Source: Roseibacillus sp.
GTDB lineage: Bacteria; Verrucomicrobiota; Verrucomicrobiia; Verrucomicrobiales; Akkermansiaceae
Length of the DNA stretch: 64,000 bases
Assembly: GCA_051251855.1 (NCBI GenBank)
Contig: JBPOGI010000002.1
Span: 448,001-512,000, forward strand
Reading direction: 5' to 3'
Below the pieces are notes generated by a model that did not search any database, had not been told where the DNA came from, and saw nothing but the letters and a program-made list of their open reading frames with translations. Each line of letters begins with the position of its first letter. Within the stretch, counting starts at the first letter, position 1. Below, piece by piece: positions 28,141-37,909 of this stretch. The translations under genes and the position numbers were made by a program.

Positions 28141-30690
28141 TTATCGCCAGACATGACCGGGGAACTTCTTGGCGACGGTGGGGCGATACTTGCGCCACTC
28201 GCGGGCGAGGAAGTGCGGCCAGTCGGTGGTGGTGGCCACCTTCTTTCCTTTCGGATCACAGAGCTTGAGCAGGACGGGGAGGCGGCCTTCACAGAGGCTC
28301 GGGTGTTCTTCCAAGGCCCAGCAGTCTTGTAATTTGACTTGAGCTTCTGGCGAACCGGTGAGGTAAGAGACTTTGGTGGAGCCCTTTTCTAGCCAAGGGA
28401 TGGAGGCGGGGAGCAATTCATTGAGCCAACTGATTTGGCCATCTTCCAAATGGCGGTGGAAGGCGTTGAGGAGGGGAGTCGCTTGCGCTTCTTTGGCGAG
28501 CGAAAGTCCTTTGAAGGCGCGGGTGAGGCAGGTGGTGATGGCCGCTTCATCGAAGGGGGCGAACTCGAGCTCGGGCATGGTCTCGTGGAGGAGGTTGACC
28601 CGGGCCATGAATTGTTTGAGTCGGTGATCCATCAGCGGAAGATCGAAGGATCCCTTGCGTTGAGCTTCAGCAAGACAGCGTCCGCTGGCGACGGGGTCGA
28701 GGTCGTTTTGCTGCGCCTTCTGCTCAATCACGAGGTCGTGATAGCGCACTTGTTTCATAGCGGACACGCGCTTGTTCTTGGCATCGAAGAGGTGCTCCAA
28801 AGTGGTGCTGAGGTGCTGGGGAAACATTTCCGCGATCCAAGAAGGCTTCACCGCAGTCGCGATGCTGAGAAGAGTCAGTGGAATCGGGCCGCGCGAGGGA
28901 ACTTGATGCATGTTCGCGGCCACGAAGTAGGGGGCGTCCTGGACCACGCTTTCGCGCACGAGTTGGCCTTCTCTCTGCTCGGTGAGGTCGCAAGCAGGCT
29001 TGCCGGATTCGCGCCGTTTGGCGAGCTGATCGACGAAGCCGGACATCAGGCAACGAAGGAGCGCTTCTTCGTTCTTTTCCGGGGTTGTTAGACTGGCGTC
29101 GCGGTCGTAGAGGCGTTGTTGTTGGGCGGTGTGGAGAATCTGTTTGTAGGTTTCCTCCACTTGGCGAGCGACTTGGGGGTTGATGCCGTGGCTCCGGCAG
29201 CGGTCAAAGCTGAAGCGGTTCTCTTTTGCAAAGTCGAAAGCGCGCATCAGGGTGATGAAATCGGAGTCGTCGCTGTCCTCGAACATCTCCCGCGCGGTCT
29301 GGCTTTTGACATCATTCGGGTCGAGGCGAGTGAGCAAGTCGCGACCACTGACGAGGGCGGAGCACAAGGCGGCATCGGGGACGCAGTTGCGCTCGCTCGC
29401 TTCGATCAACATGCGTGAGTAGCGGGGGTGCATCGGGAGGCGCAGCATCTGGCGGCCGATGTCGGTGAGCTCGGTATCGAGGAGAGCTCCCAGCATGGTG
29501 AGGAGGCGTTCGGCGCGTTCGACTGCTTGAGTGTCGGGCTTGTCCAACCAGTCAAAGAGGGCCGCTTCCCTGATTCCGAGCGAGTGCAGTAGCAGCACCA
29601 CCTCCGCGAGGTCGCTGCGCTGAATTTCCGGGGTGTTCCGTTCTTCCCGACTCTTGTGCCCAATCTCAGTCCACAAGCGATGGCAGGTGCCGGAAGCGGT
29701 GCGGCCAGCGCGGCCTTTACGTTGGTCGGCGCTGGCGCGACTGATAGGTTCTAACAGAAGGGTGCCAATTCCGCGTTCGGCATCGTAACGGGCCACGCGC
29801 GCGACGCCACCGTCCACGACGTGGCGGATGCCGTCGATGGTGATGCTGGTCTCGGCGACGTTGGTGGCGACGATGATTTTGCGCAGCGCGTTCGGGGCGA
29901 AGGCGCGGTCTTGCTCTTGGGGTTCGAGCGCACCGTGCAAGGGGATACAAGTCACGCGCTCCTCGGTTCTCAGTCCGCGCAAGGCGTCGAGGGTGCCGTT
30001 GATTTCGCCGCGCCCTGGCATGAAGACAAGGATGTCGCCTGAGTCGCCGTCGTTGATAATGCCTTCAACCGCATCAGCTGCCTGCACCGTGATAGGGCGC
30101 TGATCGGGGAGGGGGAGATAGCCCACTTCCACGGGATAGCTCTGCCCTTCCGAAATGAGAATGGGGCACGGTTCCAAATAGGTGGCGACAGGCTCGGCAT
30201 CGAGGGTGGCAGACATCACTAACATCGCCAAATCAGGGCGCTCGTTCTGCTGCAAATTTTTCACCAAAGCGAGGGCGACATCACTGAGCAGGTTGCGCTC
30301 GTGGAACTCATCGAAGAGCACCGCCCCGACCTTGGACAGGGTGCGGTCGTCCTGCAGCCAGCGTAGGAGAATGCCCTCGGTGACAAAACAGATCCGAGTC
30401 TTCGCGCTGGTGCGATCGTCGAAGCGGATTTGATACCCAATCTCAGCCCCGAGCTGACCCTTCCGCTCCGAGGCCACGCGGGTGGCGACGGTGCGGGCGG
30501 CAACGCGTCGGGGTTGCAGCACCACGATCATCTTGTCTCCCGCTATTCCGGCATCGAGCAGCATCTGCGGAACCTGCGTCGTCTTACCCGAGCCCGTCGG
30601 CGCAACGAGCACCAGCCGATTGCCGCCTTGCAAGGTGCGCACGATCTCGTGGTGGATCTTCCAAATGGGGAGGGAGTGAGGGTCAGGCAT
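28141..30690 (-). CDS. hrpB: ATP-dependent DEAH-box helicase HrpB
   Basis: APTGSGKTT, QPRRVAA, DEFHER, MSAT, ATNVAETSITI, QRKGRAGR, HrpB-like C-terminus. Confidence 0.93.
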   Translation of the reverse strand: MPDPHSLPIWKIHHEIVRTLQGGNRLVLVAPTGSGKTTQVPQMLLDAGIAGDKMIVVLQPRRVAARTVATRVASERKGQLGAEIGYQIRFDDRTSAKTRICFVTEGILLRWLQDDRTLSKVGAVLFDEFHERNLLSDVALALVKNLQQNERPDLAMLVMSATLDAEPVATYLEPCPILISEGQSYPVEVGYLPLPDQRPITVQAADAVEGIINDGDSGDILVFMPGRGEINGTLDALRGLRTEERVTCIPLHGALEPQEQDRAFAPNALRKIIVATNVAETSITIDGIRHVVDGGVARVARYDAERGIGTLLLEPISRASADQRKGRAGRTASGTCHRLWTEIGHKSREERNTPEIQRSDLAEVVLLLHSLGIREAALFDWLDKPDTQAVERAERLLTMLGALLDTELTDIGRQMLRLPMHPRYSRMLIEASERNCVPDAALCSALVSGRDLLTRLDPNDVKSQTAREMFEDSDDSDFITLMRAFDFAKENRFSFDRCRSHGINPQVARQVEETYKQILHTAQQQRLYDRDASLTTPEKNEEALLRCLMSGFVDQLAKRRESGKPACDLTEQREGQLVRESVVQDAPYFVAANMHQVPSRGPIPLTLLSIATAVKPSWIAEMFPQHLSTTLEHLFDAKNKRVSAMKQVRYHDLVIEQKAQQNDLDPVASGRCLAEAQRKGSFDLPLMDHRLKQFMARVNLLHETMPELEFAPFDEAAITTCLTRAFKGLSLAKEAQATPLLNAFHRHLEDGQISWLNELLPASIPWLEKGSTKVSYLTGSPEAQVKLQDCWALEEHPSLCEGRLPVLLKLCDPKGKKVATTTDWPHFLAREWRKYRPTVAKKFPGHVWR

Positions 30691-31002
30691 GGAGCAAGAC
30701 GCACAGACTACGGCTCTGCGGGGACGATGGAAATGAGATTGCGCTCAGAAGAGCAGATGACGACTGGGAGCGTTGAGGGACGAAGCGGTCGAAAGGGGGG
30801 AGGGGACAATTCGTTCGAGCTCGCTTGCTGGGTAATCATTTGCCTGTCCAACTACGACGACGGGATGAAAATGTTCCGATGCGCGGACTGACCCGAATGG
30901 CTGCTCGTCCAACGGTTTGCGGTTCTTCAAGCTGCGCTTTGCCGCAGTCGATTCGAGGTGACCTGTTTCACACCGTTTTTCAACGTAGTTTCGGACCAGC
31001 GA

Positions 31003-31096
31003 GACGCAACACCTTTGGTGTTGAAGAAACGATGTGGGGAGATCTCAGGGTATGCTACGCCAATCCTGGGCTGAGAAACGGAACACCTTTGGTGTA
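31003..31096. repeat. Composite REP-like palindromic element
   Basis: AACACC-TTT-GGTGT at 31008 and 31082 flanking a CTCAGGGT...ATCCTGGG hairpin. Confidence 0.6.
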
Positions 31097-31187
31097 TTTG
31101 AGGTGGGAGTCCGATGGACTTCAGAGAGAATGGACAAGTCTCGATAATCAGTGGCTGACTGAACGGGAGATGGGCATAGTCGCTTCG

Positions 31188-31222
31188 TGATTCGGCTGAT
31201 TCGGCTGATTCGGCTGATTCGG
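31188..31222 (+). repeat. 9-bp tandem repeat (TGATTCGGC) x ~4
   Basis: Three full units and one 8-nt unit just upstream of rlmF. Confidence 0.9.
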
Positions 31223-31256
31223 AAGCGAAGAAGTGGAAGAGGAAGTGAGAAGAACT

Positions 31257-32162
31257 GTGAAAACGCAAGAATTGACCGGAAGTGGTGATGGGGGCGGGGC
31301 TTTGCATCCGCGGAATCCTCATCGCGGGCGCTACCGCTTTGATGGGCTGTGTGAGGCTCTTCCGAGCTTGCAGGGGTTCTTGAGGTTGAATCCGAGGGGA
31401 GAGCAGACGATTGACTTTGCGGATCCGGCAGCGGTGGTGGCTTTGAATCAGGCGCTTTTGTCCCAGTTCTATGGCGTGAAGCATTGGATGATTCCGAAGG
31501 GGTATCTTTGCCCGCCGATTCCGGGGCGGGCGGATTACATCCATTATCTGGCCGACCTCATCGGCGAGAAAGATGGAGTGACGGTGTTGGATATTGGGAC
31601 GGGGGCGAACTGCGTCTACCCGATCATTGGGAGTCAGGCTTATGGCTGGAAATTCGTTGGCACAGACATCGATCCAGTGTCGGTGAAGACTGCGCGCACG
31701 ATTGTGGAGGTGAATCCGTGTCTGAGAAAGAAGGTGAAAATCGTTCTACAGAAGTCCTCGCAATCTTATTTTGAAGGAGTGATTCGAGAGGGCGACTGCT
31801 ATGAACTCACGATGTGCAATCCTCCCTTCCACTCCTCGATGGAGGATGCGCAGGCGGGAAGCCGGAGGAAGGTTCGCAATCTTCAGAAGAGTCAATCAGC
31901 GAAGGGGAAGCTGGCCTTGAACTTTGGAGGTCAAGGGGGAGAGCTCTGGTGTCCGGGAGGCGAGCTGGCTTTTTTGAAGGGGATGATTCGAGAGAGTCAG
32001 AAGTATTCCCAGCAGGTGGGTTGGTTCACCAGTCTGGTCTCCAAAGCGGATACATTGAAGCCTCTTCAGAAATTGTTAGAACGCCACTCCGCGAAAGAGG
32101 TGAGAGTGGTATCGATGAGCCAGGGCCAGAAGCAAAGTCGTTTTATTGCTTGGCGATTCTGA
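31257..32162 (+). CDS. rlmF: 23S rRNA (adenine1618-N6)-methyltransferase
   Basis: LHPRNPHRGRY, YLCPPIPGRADYIH, LDIGTGANCVYP, CNPPFH, NFGGQ..ELWCPGGE; start 31233 or 31257. Confidence 0.93.
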   Translation: MKTQELTGSGDGGGALHPRNPHRGRYRFDGLCEALPSLQGFLRLNPRGEQTIDFADPAAVVALNQALLSQFYGVKHWMIPKGYLCPPIPGRADYIHYLADLIGEKDGVTVLDIGTGANCVYPIIGSQAYGWKFVGTDIDPVSVKTARTIVEVNPCLRKKVKIVLQKSSQSYFEGVIREGDCYELTMCNPPFHSSMEDAQAGSRRKVRNLQKSQSAKGKLALNFGGQGGELWCPGGELAFLKGMIRESQKYSQQVGWFTSLVSKADTLKPLQKLLERHSAKEVRVVSMSQGQKQSRFIAWRF

Positions 32163-32212
32163 GGTGAGCTGAATGTTTGTGCTTCTGCCTGATTTCCGCT
32201 AATAAATCGGAA

Positions 32213-33496
32213 ATGCATAATTCCGAACATACGGTCTCGCGCCGCAATGCCATTAAGAGTCTGGCCGCGATGGCAACGGTCTCCTTTACCCCTCGTCACA
32301 TTCTTGCAGCGCCGACGGCGCCGAGCAATCAGTTGACCCGAGCCATTATTGGCTGCGGAGGGATTAGCAAGGCCCATCTCGGAATGCCCGGTAAGTTGCT
32401 CGCGCTCTGCGATGTGGACTCCAATCACTTAGCTGACCGAATGAAGCAGGTTCAGGATGGCGGTAACAGGGATGTAAAAGGCTATCATGATTTTCGGGAG
32501 ATCATTGCTCGCGATGACATCGACATCATTCATGTTGCCACGCCACCGCATTGGCACGCCGAGATGGCTATCGAAGCAGCCAAGGCTGGCAAAGCGATTT
32601 GGGGTGAAAAGCCGATGAGCCGAACTATTGGGGAAGGGATTGCGATGAAGAAGGCCATCGCCGACGCGGGCGTCGCCTTTCGGGTCAATACTTGGTTCCG
32701 CTTCCAGAGAAACTTCTACGGTATGGGCACCTCTGCCCGCCGGGTGCGCAAGGCGGTGATGGGGGGTCTGTTAGGTGATGGTCCCTACAAGGTGACTCTC
32801 AGTGGCGTGACTGGCTTTGATTGGAAATTCCAATGGTCGGGTCGGACTGACCTCACCGAGAAAAAAATTCCAGCGCACTTCGATTATGATTTCTGGCTGG
32901 GACCGGCTCCTCACAAGCCCTATCACCCTCACCGTACTCACAGTACTTTCCGCGGTTATTGGGACTATGATGGCGGTGGTTTGGGCGACATGGGCCAGCA
33001 CTATTTGGATCCGGTTCAATACATCTTGGGCAAGGATGATGAGCTCCCAATCTCAGTGGAAATTGATGCCGATAAGCAAGACGACGATGCCGTCGGTAGC
33101 TGGCGTCGTATTACTTTCACCTATGCCGATGGCACCCAAATCGTTCTCGATGGAGAGAACAAGGACAAGGAGGCAGCCTTTATAGAAGGGCCCGAGGGGA
33201 AAATCTTTAAGGACTTTGAATCGGATATCACGGGCTTTGCTGAGAAGGTTGATGCATTGCCCGAACCGCCGGACCAAGTGACGGATTTTCATGTAGCTAT
33301 CAAGGAGAAGAAGAAGTTCGCGCTCAATGAAGAGAACGGCTTCAACTCTTGCTGCCTGGTGAACCTGGGTAAGATAGCCCACCGCGTTAATGGCAACTTG
33401 GAGTTCGATCCCAAGGCCATGAGAATCACGAACAATGAGGAGGCCCAAGCGCTCATTCATCAGGCCGCGCGTGAAGAGTGGAAACTGAAGGGGTAG
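32213..33496 (+). CDS. Tat-exported Gfo/Idh/MocA oxidoreductase
   Basis: SRRNAIK Tat signal, IIGCGG, ATPPHWH, EKP, DMGQHYLD. Confidence 0.9.
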   Translation: MHNSEHTVSRRNAIKSLAAMATVSFTPRHILAAPTAPSNQLTRAIIGCGGISKAHLGMPGKLLALCDVDSNHLADRMKQVQDGGNRDVKGYHDFREIIARDDIDIIHVATPPHWHAEMAIEAAKAGKAIWGEKPMSRTIGEGIAMKKAIADAGVAFRVNTWFRFQRNFYGMGTSARRVRKAVMGGLLGDGPYKVTLSGVTGFDWKFQWSGRTDLTEKKIPAHFDYDFWLGPAPHKPYHPHRTHSTFRGYWDYDGGGLGDMGQHYLDPVQYILGKDDELPISVEIDADKQDDDAVGSWRRITFTYADGTQIVLDGENKDKEAAFIEGPEGKIFKDFESDITGFAEKVDALPEPPDQVTDFHVAIKEKKKFALNEENGFNSCCLVNLGKIAHRVNGNLEFDPKAMRITNNEEAQALIHQAAREEWKLKG

Positions 33497-33664
33497 CTCG
33501 TCCTGTAGTTTTTACAAGGCTCTGGCCCACGGTGGTCTGGTCTGAGAAGGGCCCCAGCGGTTGCGGTAAAAGGCTGGGAGTTGCGCGGAGGGAGAGTCGC
33601 AGAGGAAATGGGTTGAAATCGAGATTGCGAATTTGAGGAGTTATTCGGGCAGCAACGATTTGCC

Positions 33665-35857
33665 TTACTCGAGGGGTATTCCGACAAGGTCTGCTTGGAA
33701 GCGGTAGAAGATTTTAGGAGTGGCGGGGGATGGGCTGATGTTGTTGTCGAAGATGACGATGCTGGTCCCCGCGTTGATAAAGGTGTCGACTCCGGGAGCG
33801 ATGAAGTCGGGCCCGTCGTCAGGGTTGGCAGAGCGGAAGATTTCGACCCAGACTTCGAGGTTGGTTGAGCGCTCGATGATTGAGATTGCTTCCCCAGCGG
33901 CTTCGAAGTTGTAGCCGAATTCGAGGGTGGGGTGGTCGTTGTTGGCGAATTCGAATTGGAGATTTCGAAAGTGATCAGGGTCGGCAACTGCGGGGTCGGT
34001 GCCGAGGGTGAACTCAATGCCGAAGGGGCTGCCGTCATTGTCCAAGTCGGTGAGCCAGATGGAGGGGTAGTCCACGTCGCTAGGATTATTCCAGTTCGGG
34101 GCTTCAGTGGCTCCGATGTCCGGGGTGGAGGTGCCGTCATTGTCTCCGTCGAGCGAGCGAGCAAAGCCACGCTGGTCAGTTGCATTGTTAGGGGTGTTAT
34201 CCGCCACATCAATGGCAGGGGAGCCGGGGAGTGGGATCATGGTCTGGGTGGAGCCGCCATAGTCGCCGAGGGGGGAGAGGTTTGGGTTTGCTAAAATAAG
34301 CCCGGGCGTGCCAGTTGTGATTGAGTCTTGGCCCGAGAGACTGGAGAGGATGCTGTTTCCTGTAATGGAGGCCGCAGATCCACTCCCCAATTGGCTTAGG
34401 TCGACCCAACCCAGTCCAGTGTTTTCGGCCAGGATGGAATGATTCAAAGTCACGAGCGCAAGGCCCCCATTGGAGAGGCTGGAAATGCCGCCGCCAGTCG
34501 AAGTGGCCGAATTTTCAGCAATGGTGCAGGCATCCAAATTGAGGGTGACGCCGCCATTGCTGCCCAGAATGTAAATCCCGCCGCCAAAAGTTGAGGAGTT
34601 TTTGGAAAGGGTGCAAGAGTCGAGGTTGATAGTCGCATCTCCATCGTCGCTGCCGTTGATGTAGATGCCACCCGCGCGAGATTCGGAGTGGTTCTTTGAG
34701 AGCGTGCAGGAATTGAGGTTGAGGGAAGCGTTTCCTCCATTGGGGCTGTCAATAAAGATCCCCCCTCCGGTAAAGTTGGCCCTGTTCCCCGAGAGGGTGC
34801 AGGAGTCGAGGCTAATGGAAGAGTTAGCGAGAGGTCCGCCAGAGTAGATTGCCCCTCCATGGTTGGAAGAGTTGTCAGAGAGAACACAAGCGTTCACCTC
34901 GAAACTTGCAGGGCTGCCGGGTTCTGAGCCTCCGCCGTTGTTGTAGATTCCGCCTCCGCTGGATTCTGCAAAGTTGCTCGAGAGAAAACAGTCATTGAGG
35001 ACGATGTTCGAACTCCGATCGTTGAAATCCAGGGTGTAGATTCCTCCCCCGCGCAGAGCATTATTGGAGGTGAGGATGCACGAGTCCAGAGTGAGGCTGG
35101 CGTTGGCATTTCTGATGGCACCCCCATTGTCTGCGGAATTGTCGGAAAGGGTGCAGGACCTCAGGTGAAAGGTCGCGTTGCCGGTAGTAGAGCCCTGGTT
35201 ACTAATGCCGCCTCCCGAGTGGAAAAAGTCTCCAAGGAATGAATTTTCAGACAGGACACACGATTGTAGATTGGCGGTAGAGTTACCGTTCGAAAAGCTG
35301 AGGTTATAAATGCCGCCACCATCGACCCGTGCAAAATTTTCGGAAATTGCGCAGTCATTCAAACTGAGGGAGGCAATGCCATCAATGCCAGAACCTTGGT
35401 TACAAATGCCTCCGCCGCTGCCCCCAGTGGAATTGCTTGATATCGTGCAATGACTCAGGCTGAGAGTTGCATTTTCATTAAAGATGGCGCCACCGTTGTC
35501 CTCGTCCCCGGGCGACAAGAAAACTGTGTTTCCACCTGTGAAAGTGAGGTGGGAGATTGAGGCGTTGGCTCCTTCTTCAATCTTTAGAACTCGCGAATTC
35601 CCTCCCGCATCGAGTGTGATCCCGAGACTGTTAGCAGTGATTTCGATCTCAACACCGGCGGGGACGGTGAGCTGGCTTTCAAGGTCAATGGTTCCTCCGT
35701 CGAGAGTGGCGTCAAAGGTGATTTCAGTGGGTGCGGCTATGGTGGCAGATGCCAGAGCTTCTCGTAAAGTGCCGGCCCCATCATCGGCCAGGGAACTGAC
35801 GATAACTTGAGAATGAAGAATTGAGGTTGAGAACGCGATGAGAAGCAAGGTCTTCAT
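33665..35857 (-). CDS. Secreted GGAI/GGGI-repeat beta-helix surface protein (choice-of-anchor Q-like)
   Basis: Signal peptide; GTLREAL; repeated N.A..GGGIY; LSPLGDYGGSTQTMIPLPGSPAID..DQRG...PDIGATE. Confidence 0.85.
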   Translation of the reverse strand: MKTLLLIAFSTSILHSQVIVSSLADDGAGTLREALASATIAAPTEITFDATLDGGTIDLESQLTVPAGVEIEITANSLGITLDAGGNSRVLKIEEGANASISHLTFTGGNTVFLSPGDEDNGGAIFNENATLSLSHCTISSNSTGGSGGGICNQGSGIDGIASLSLNDCAISENFARVDGGGIYNLSFSNGNSTANLQSCVLSENSFLGDFFHSGGGISNQGSTTGNATFHLRSCTLSDNSADNGGAIRNANASLTLDSCILTSNNALRGGGIYTLDFNDRSSNIVLNDCFLSSNFAESSGGGIYNNGGGSEPGSPASFEVNACVLSDNSSNHGGAIYSGGPLANSSISLDSCTLSGNRANFTGGGIFIDSPNGGNASLNLNSCTLSKNHSESRAGGIYINGSDDGDATINLDSCTLSKNSSTFGGGIYILGSNGGVTLNLDACTIAENSATSTGGGISSLSNGGLALVTLNHSILAENTGLGWVDLSQLGSGSAASITGNSILSSLSGQDSITTGTPGLILANPNLSPLGDYGGSTQTMIPLPGSPAIDVADNTPNNATDQRGFARSLDGDNDGTSTPDIGATEAPNWNNPSDVDYPSIWLTDLDNDGSPFGIEFTLGTDPAVADPDHFRNLQFEFANNDHPTLEFGYNFEAAGEAISIIERSTNLEVWVEIFRSANPDDGPDFIAPGVDTFINAGTSIVIFDNNISPSPATPKIFYRFQADLVGIPLE

Positions 35858-35983
35858 GATTGAGAAAAGAAGGGTTTAATTATTGGAATATTCTATCTGA
35901 TTCATTGTTTCTGAACCTTAGGTTGGAGCGAGGAAAAAATGCCTCGAACCAAAACTTGAAAGTCTCGCTGCAGTTTCTTGCCC

Positions 35984-36018
35984 AAAAAAACGGCCTTCGG
36001 GGTCTCCCGAAAGCCGTT
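35984..36018 (-). terminator. Rho-independent terminator
   Basis: Minus strand AACGGCTTTCGGG-AGA-CCCCGAAGGCCG-TTTTTTT after the gene ending at 36043. Confidence 0.8.
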
Positions 36019-36042
36019 ACTAGTTGAAAATGCGGTTGCTAT

Positions 36043-36744
36043 CTACTCGGTCATTTCTTTGAGGAGAGCTTGGCTGTGGTCAGACAAGTTCTCGAGGGGA
36101 TAGGTGGTGTTCTTTCCATTGGCGAGTTGAAAGACGACGTTGAGATCATCAACGGAAACGACAGCGGCGGTGATGGTCTTGCCTTGGACGTTGGTCCAGG
36201 CGCGGCTCTCGATGAGGAGGCTGTTCTCTGAATTTTCAGAATACCTTTCATCGGTCTCTACCGCGGTAACTTCACCATGGAGGAGGGAAGGGTCGTCTTT
36301 AATCTGCTTTCTCACTTCGCGAACCAGCTTTTTGATAGAGTCGCTGGTGGCGTTGTCTGCACTGAATCCTGCGATGGGCTTGGTGCCGTCCGTATTGGTG
36401 ATGACCACAAAGGGAAGCAATTTTTTTGGTCCCTGAATGACCTTGGTAAGTTCGCTGGGGATGCGCCCGTGACGAGCTGTGTCTTTCGACTTTCTATCGA
36501 TAAGGACAAAGACACCTGTGGACTTAAATGCATCGAAAGTCGCCGAACCGACGACAAAGGATTTTCCTCATGCAAGATCCAGTCATGTATCGACGAAGAT
36601 GAGGGGCTTTTCTTGTTCCGTGGCGTAGGCTTTGGCTTCTTCGAGCTCGGCAAGAGGATAGGATCTACGCGGAATATCTAGTTCTGCAAAGGCAGAGATA
36701 GAAGCCGCGGCCGAGATGAATAGCAGTGTGGCTAATGATTTCAT
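36043..36744 (-). CDS. Secreted thioredoxin-like plus SHD1 protein with two in-frame TGA codons (candidate selenoprotein; pseudogene not excluded)
   Basis: One frame: MKSLATLLFISAAASISAFA...AKAYATEQEKPLIFVDT-TGA-LDLA-TGA-GKSFVVG...LLPFVVITNTDG...RAWTNVQGKTITAAV...YPLENLSDHSQ; no other stops. Confidence 0.75.
36539..36555 (-). promoter_or_regulatory. SECIS-like hairpin after second TGA
   Basis: GTCGTCG-GTT-CGGCGAC; loop starts with GU 19 nt after TGA2 and 34 nt after TGA1. Confidence 0.6.
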
Positions 36745-36847
36745 CTCTTTCGTTATGAAATCATTTTTGATTTCAGCAAGAAAAAAGAAGAGGCTGACTG
36801 AGGGGTGGTCAGTGAGTTGCAGCACCTAGAAAAAGGAAAGAGGAGGG

Positions 36848-37741
36848 TTAGCGGCTAAAGAAGGCGAGCATTTGCCAGCCGAGGGCGAAGATGAGGAGGT
36901 GGGCGCCGGCGAGGGCGAGTTGACCGTTGAGGGCGGGGGAGGGGCCGTTTTCTTTTACGGAGCTGACCACGCGGATGGCGGGGAAGGCGAGAATGAGGAC
37001 CGCGAAGAAGATGTCGGTGAGAGGAGGTTCTCCTAGTTGAACTTTTCGCGCGATGTAGAAGGAGACGATGGCGATAAGGTATTCGATGCGGAGAAGGTTG
37101 GAGGCTTTTTCGAAGCCCCACTGCACGGCGAGGGTGCGTTTGTTAGATTTTTCGTCTTCTTCGATATCGCGCAGGTTGTTGATGGTGATGAGGACGGCGG
37201 AGAGGCAGCCGACGGTGAGGCCGAGCCAGGCGGCTGCAGGGAGGAAGAGTCCGGTTTGCACGAAAACGGTTCCAGTGACCGCGATGAGGCCGAAGAAGAG
37301 GACGACAAAGATTTCGCCAAGGCCGAGATAGGCGAGGGGGAAGGGGCCGCCGGTGTAACCGTAGGCAAGGAAGAGACTGGGAATGCCGATGGCGAGAATG
37401 ACCCAGCCTCGGGCGGCAATGAGGGGCCAGGCGCAGAGGGCGGCAGCTACGAGAAAGAGAGTAGCAAGGAGGTAGACGTTCTTTCGCGAGAGGAGGCCGT
37501 TGGCGGTGACGCGGGTGGGCCCGAGGCGGTCTTCGGTGTCAGCTCCTTTGGCGTCGTCGATGGCGTCATTGAAGAAGTTGGTAGCGATTTGAATGCAGAT
37601 GGCGCTGCCAAGAGTGGCGAGAGCGAGGATCCAACTGAAGGAGTCGGTCGCTTGCCAAGCGAGGACACAACCGACCCAGACGGGAACGATAGCAGCAGGA
37701 AGGGTCTTGGGGCGGGCGGCGAGGAGAAGAGGCTTGAGCAT
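36848..37741 (-). CDS. menA: 1,4-dihydroxy-2-naphthoate octaprenyltransferase
   Basis: ARPKTL, NFFNDAIDDAKGAD, YTGGPFPLAYLGLGE, NNLRDIEED..KRTLAV; start moved to the ATG at 37741. Confidence 0.93.
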   Translation of the reverse strand: MLKPLLLAARPKTLPAAIVPVWVGCVLAWQATDSFSWILALATLGSAICIQIATNFFNDAIDDAKGADTEDRLGPTRVTANGLLSRKNVYLLATLFLVAAALCAWPLIAARGWVILAIGIPSLFLAYGYTGGPFPLAYLGLGEIFVVLFFGLIAVTGTVFVQTGLFLPAAAWLGLTVGCLSAVLITINNLRDIEEDEKSNKRTLAVQWGFEKASNLLRIEYLIAIVSFYIARKVQLGEPPLTDIFFAVLILAFPAIRVVSSVKENGPSPALNGQLALAGAHLLIFALGWQMLAFFSR

Positions 37742-37753
37742 GGGTGCGTGCAA

Positions 37754-37887
37754 GGAGCATGGACATTCTTGTCCATGAATCAATAGAATCACGCTGGAGC
37801 AGCGGCGTTTATTGCCGCCGAACCTTTTGGACGATTGCAGCGCTGGGCGGCAGTAAAGGCCGCCCCTCCGTAGGTTGTCCCTGCTCC
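37754..37887. repeat. REP doublet type A, interrupted by a type B element
   Basis: GGAGCATGGACATTCTTGTCCATG (37754-37777) and remnant AGGTTGTCCCTGCTCC (37872-37887); matches the intact copy at 42412-42476. Confidence 0.65.
37796..37870. repeat. REP doublet type B, copy 1
   Basis: GGAGCAGCGGCGTTTATTGCCGC...TTTTGGACGATTGCAG...GCGGCAGTAAAGGCCGCCCCTCCG. Confidence 0.85.
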
Positions 37888-37909
37888 ATTCCTGAGCGGC
37901 GAGGACTGA

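Noticed and set aside
30727..31074. Plus-strand frame containing C-A-D-TGA-P, resembling a CxxU motif
   Set aside because: No recognisable fold, no GU-loop hairpin at SECIS distance, and the frame runs into a REP-like element; probably chance.
36312..36653. Alternative-frame ORF that might join the two halves of the Trx-SHD1 gene by frameshifting
   Set aside because: The two halves are already in the same frame, and this translation is low-complexity and not protein-like.
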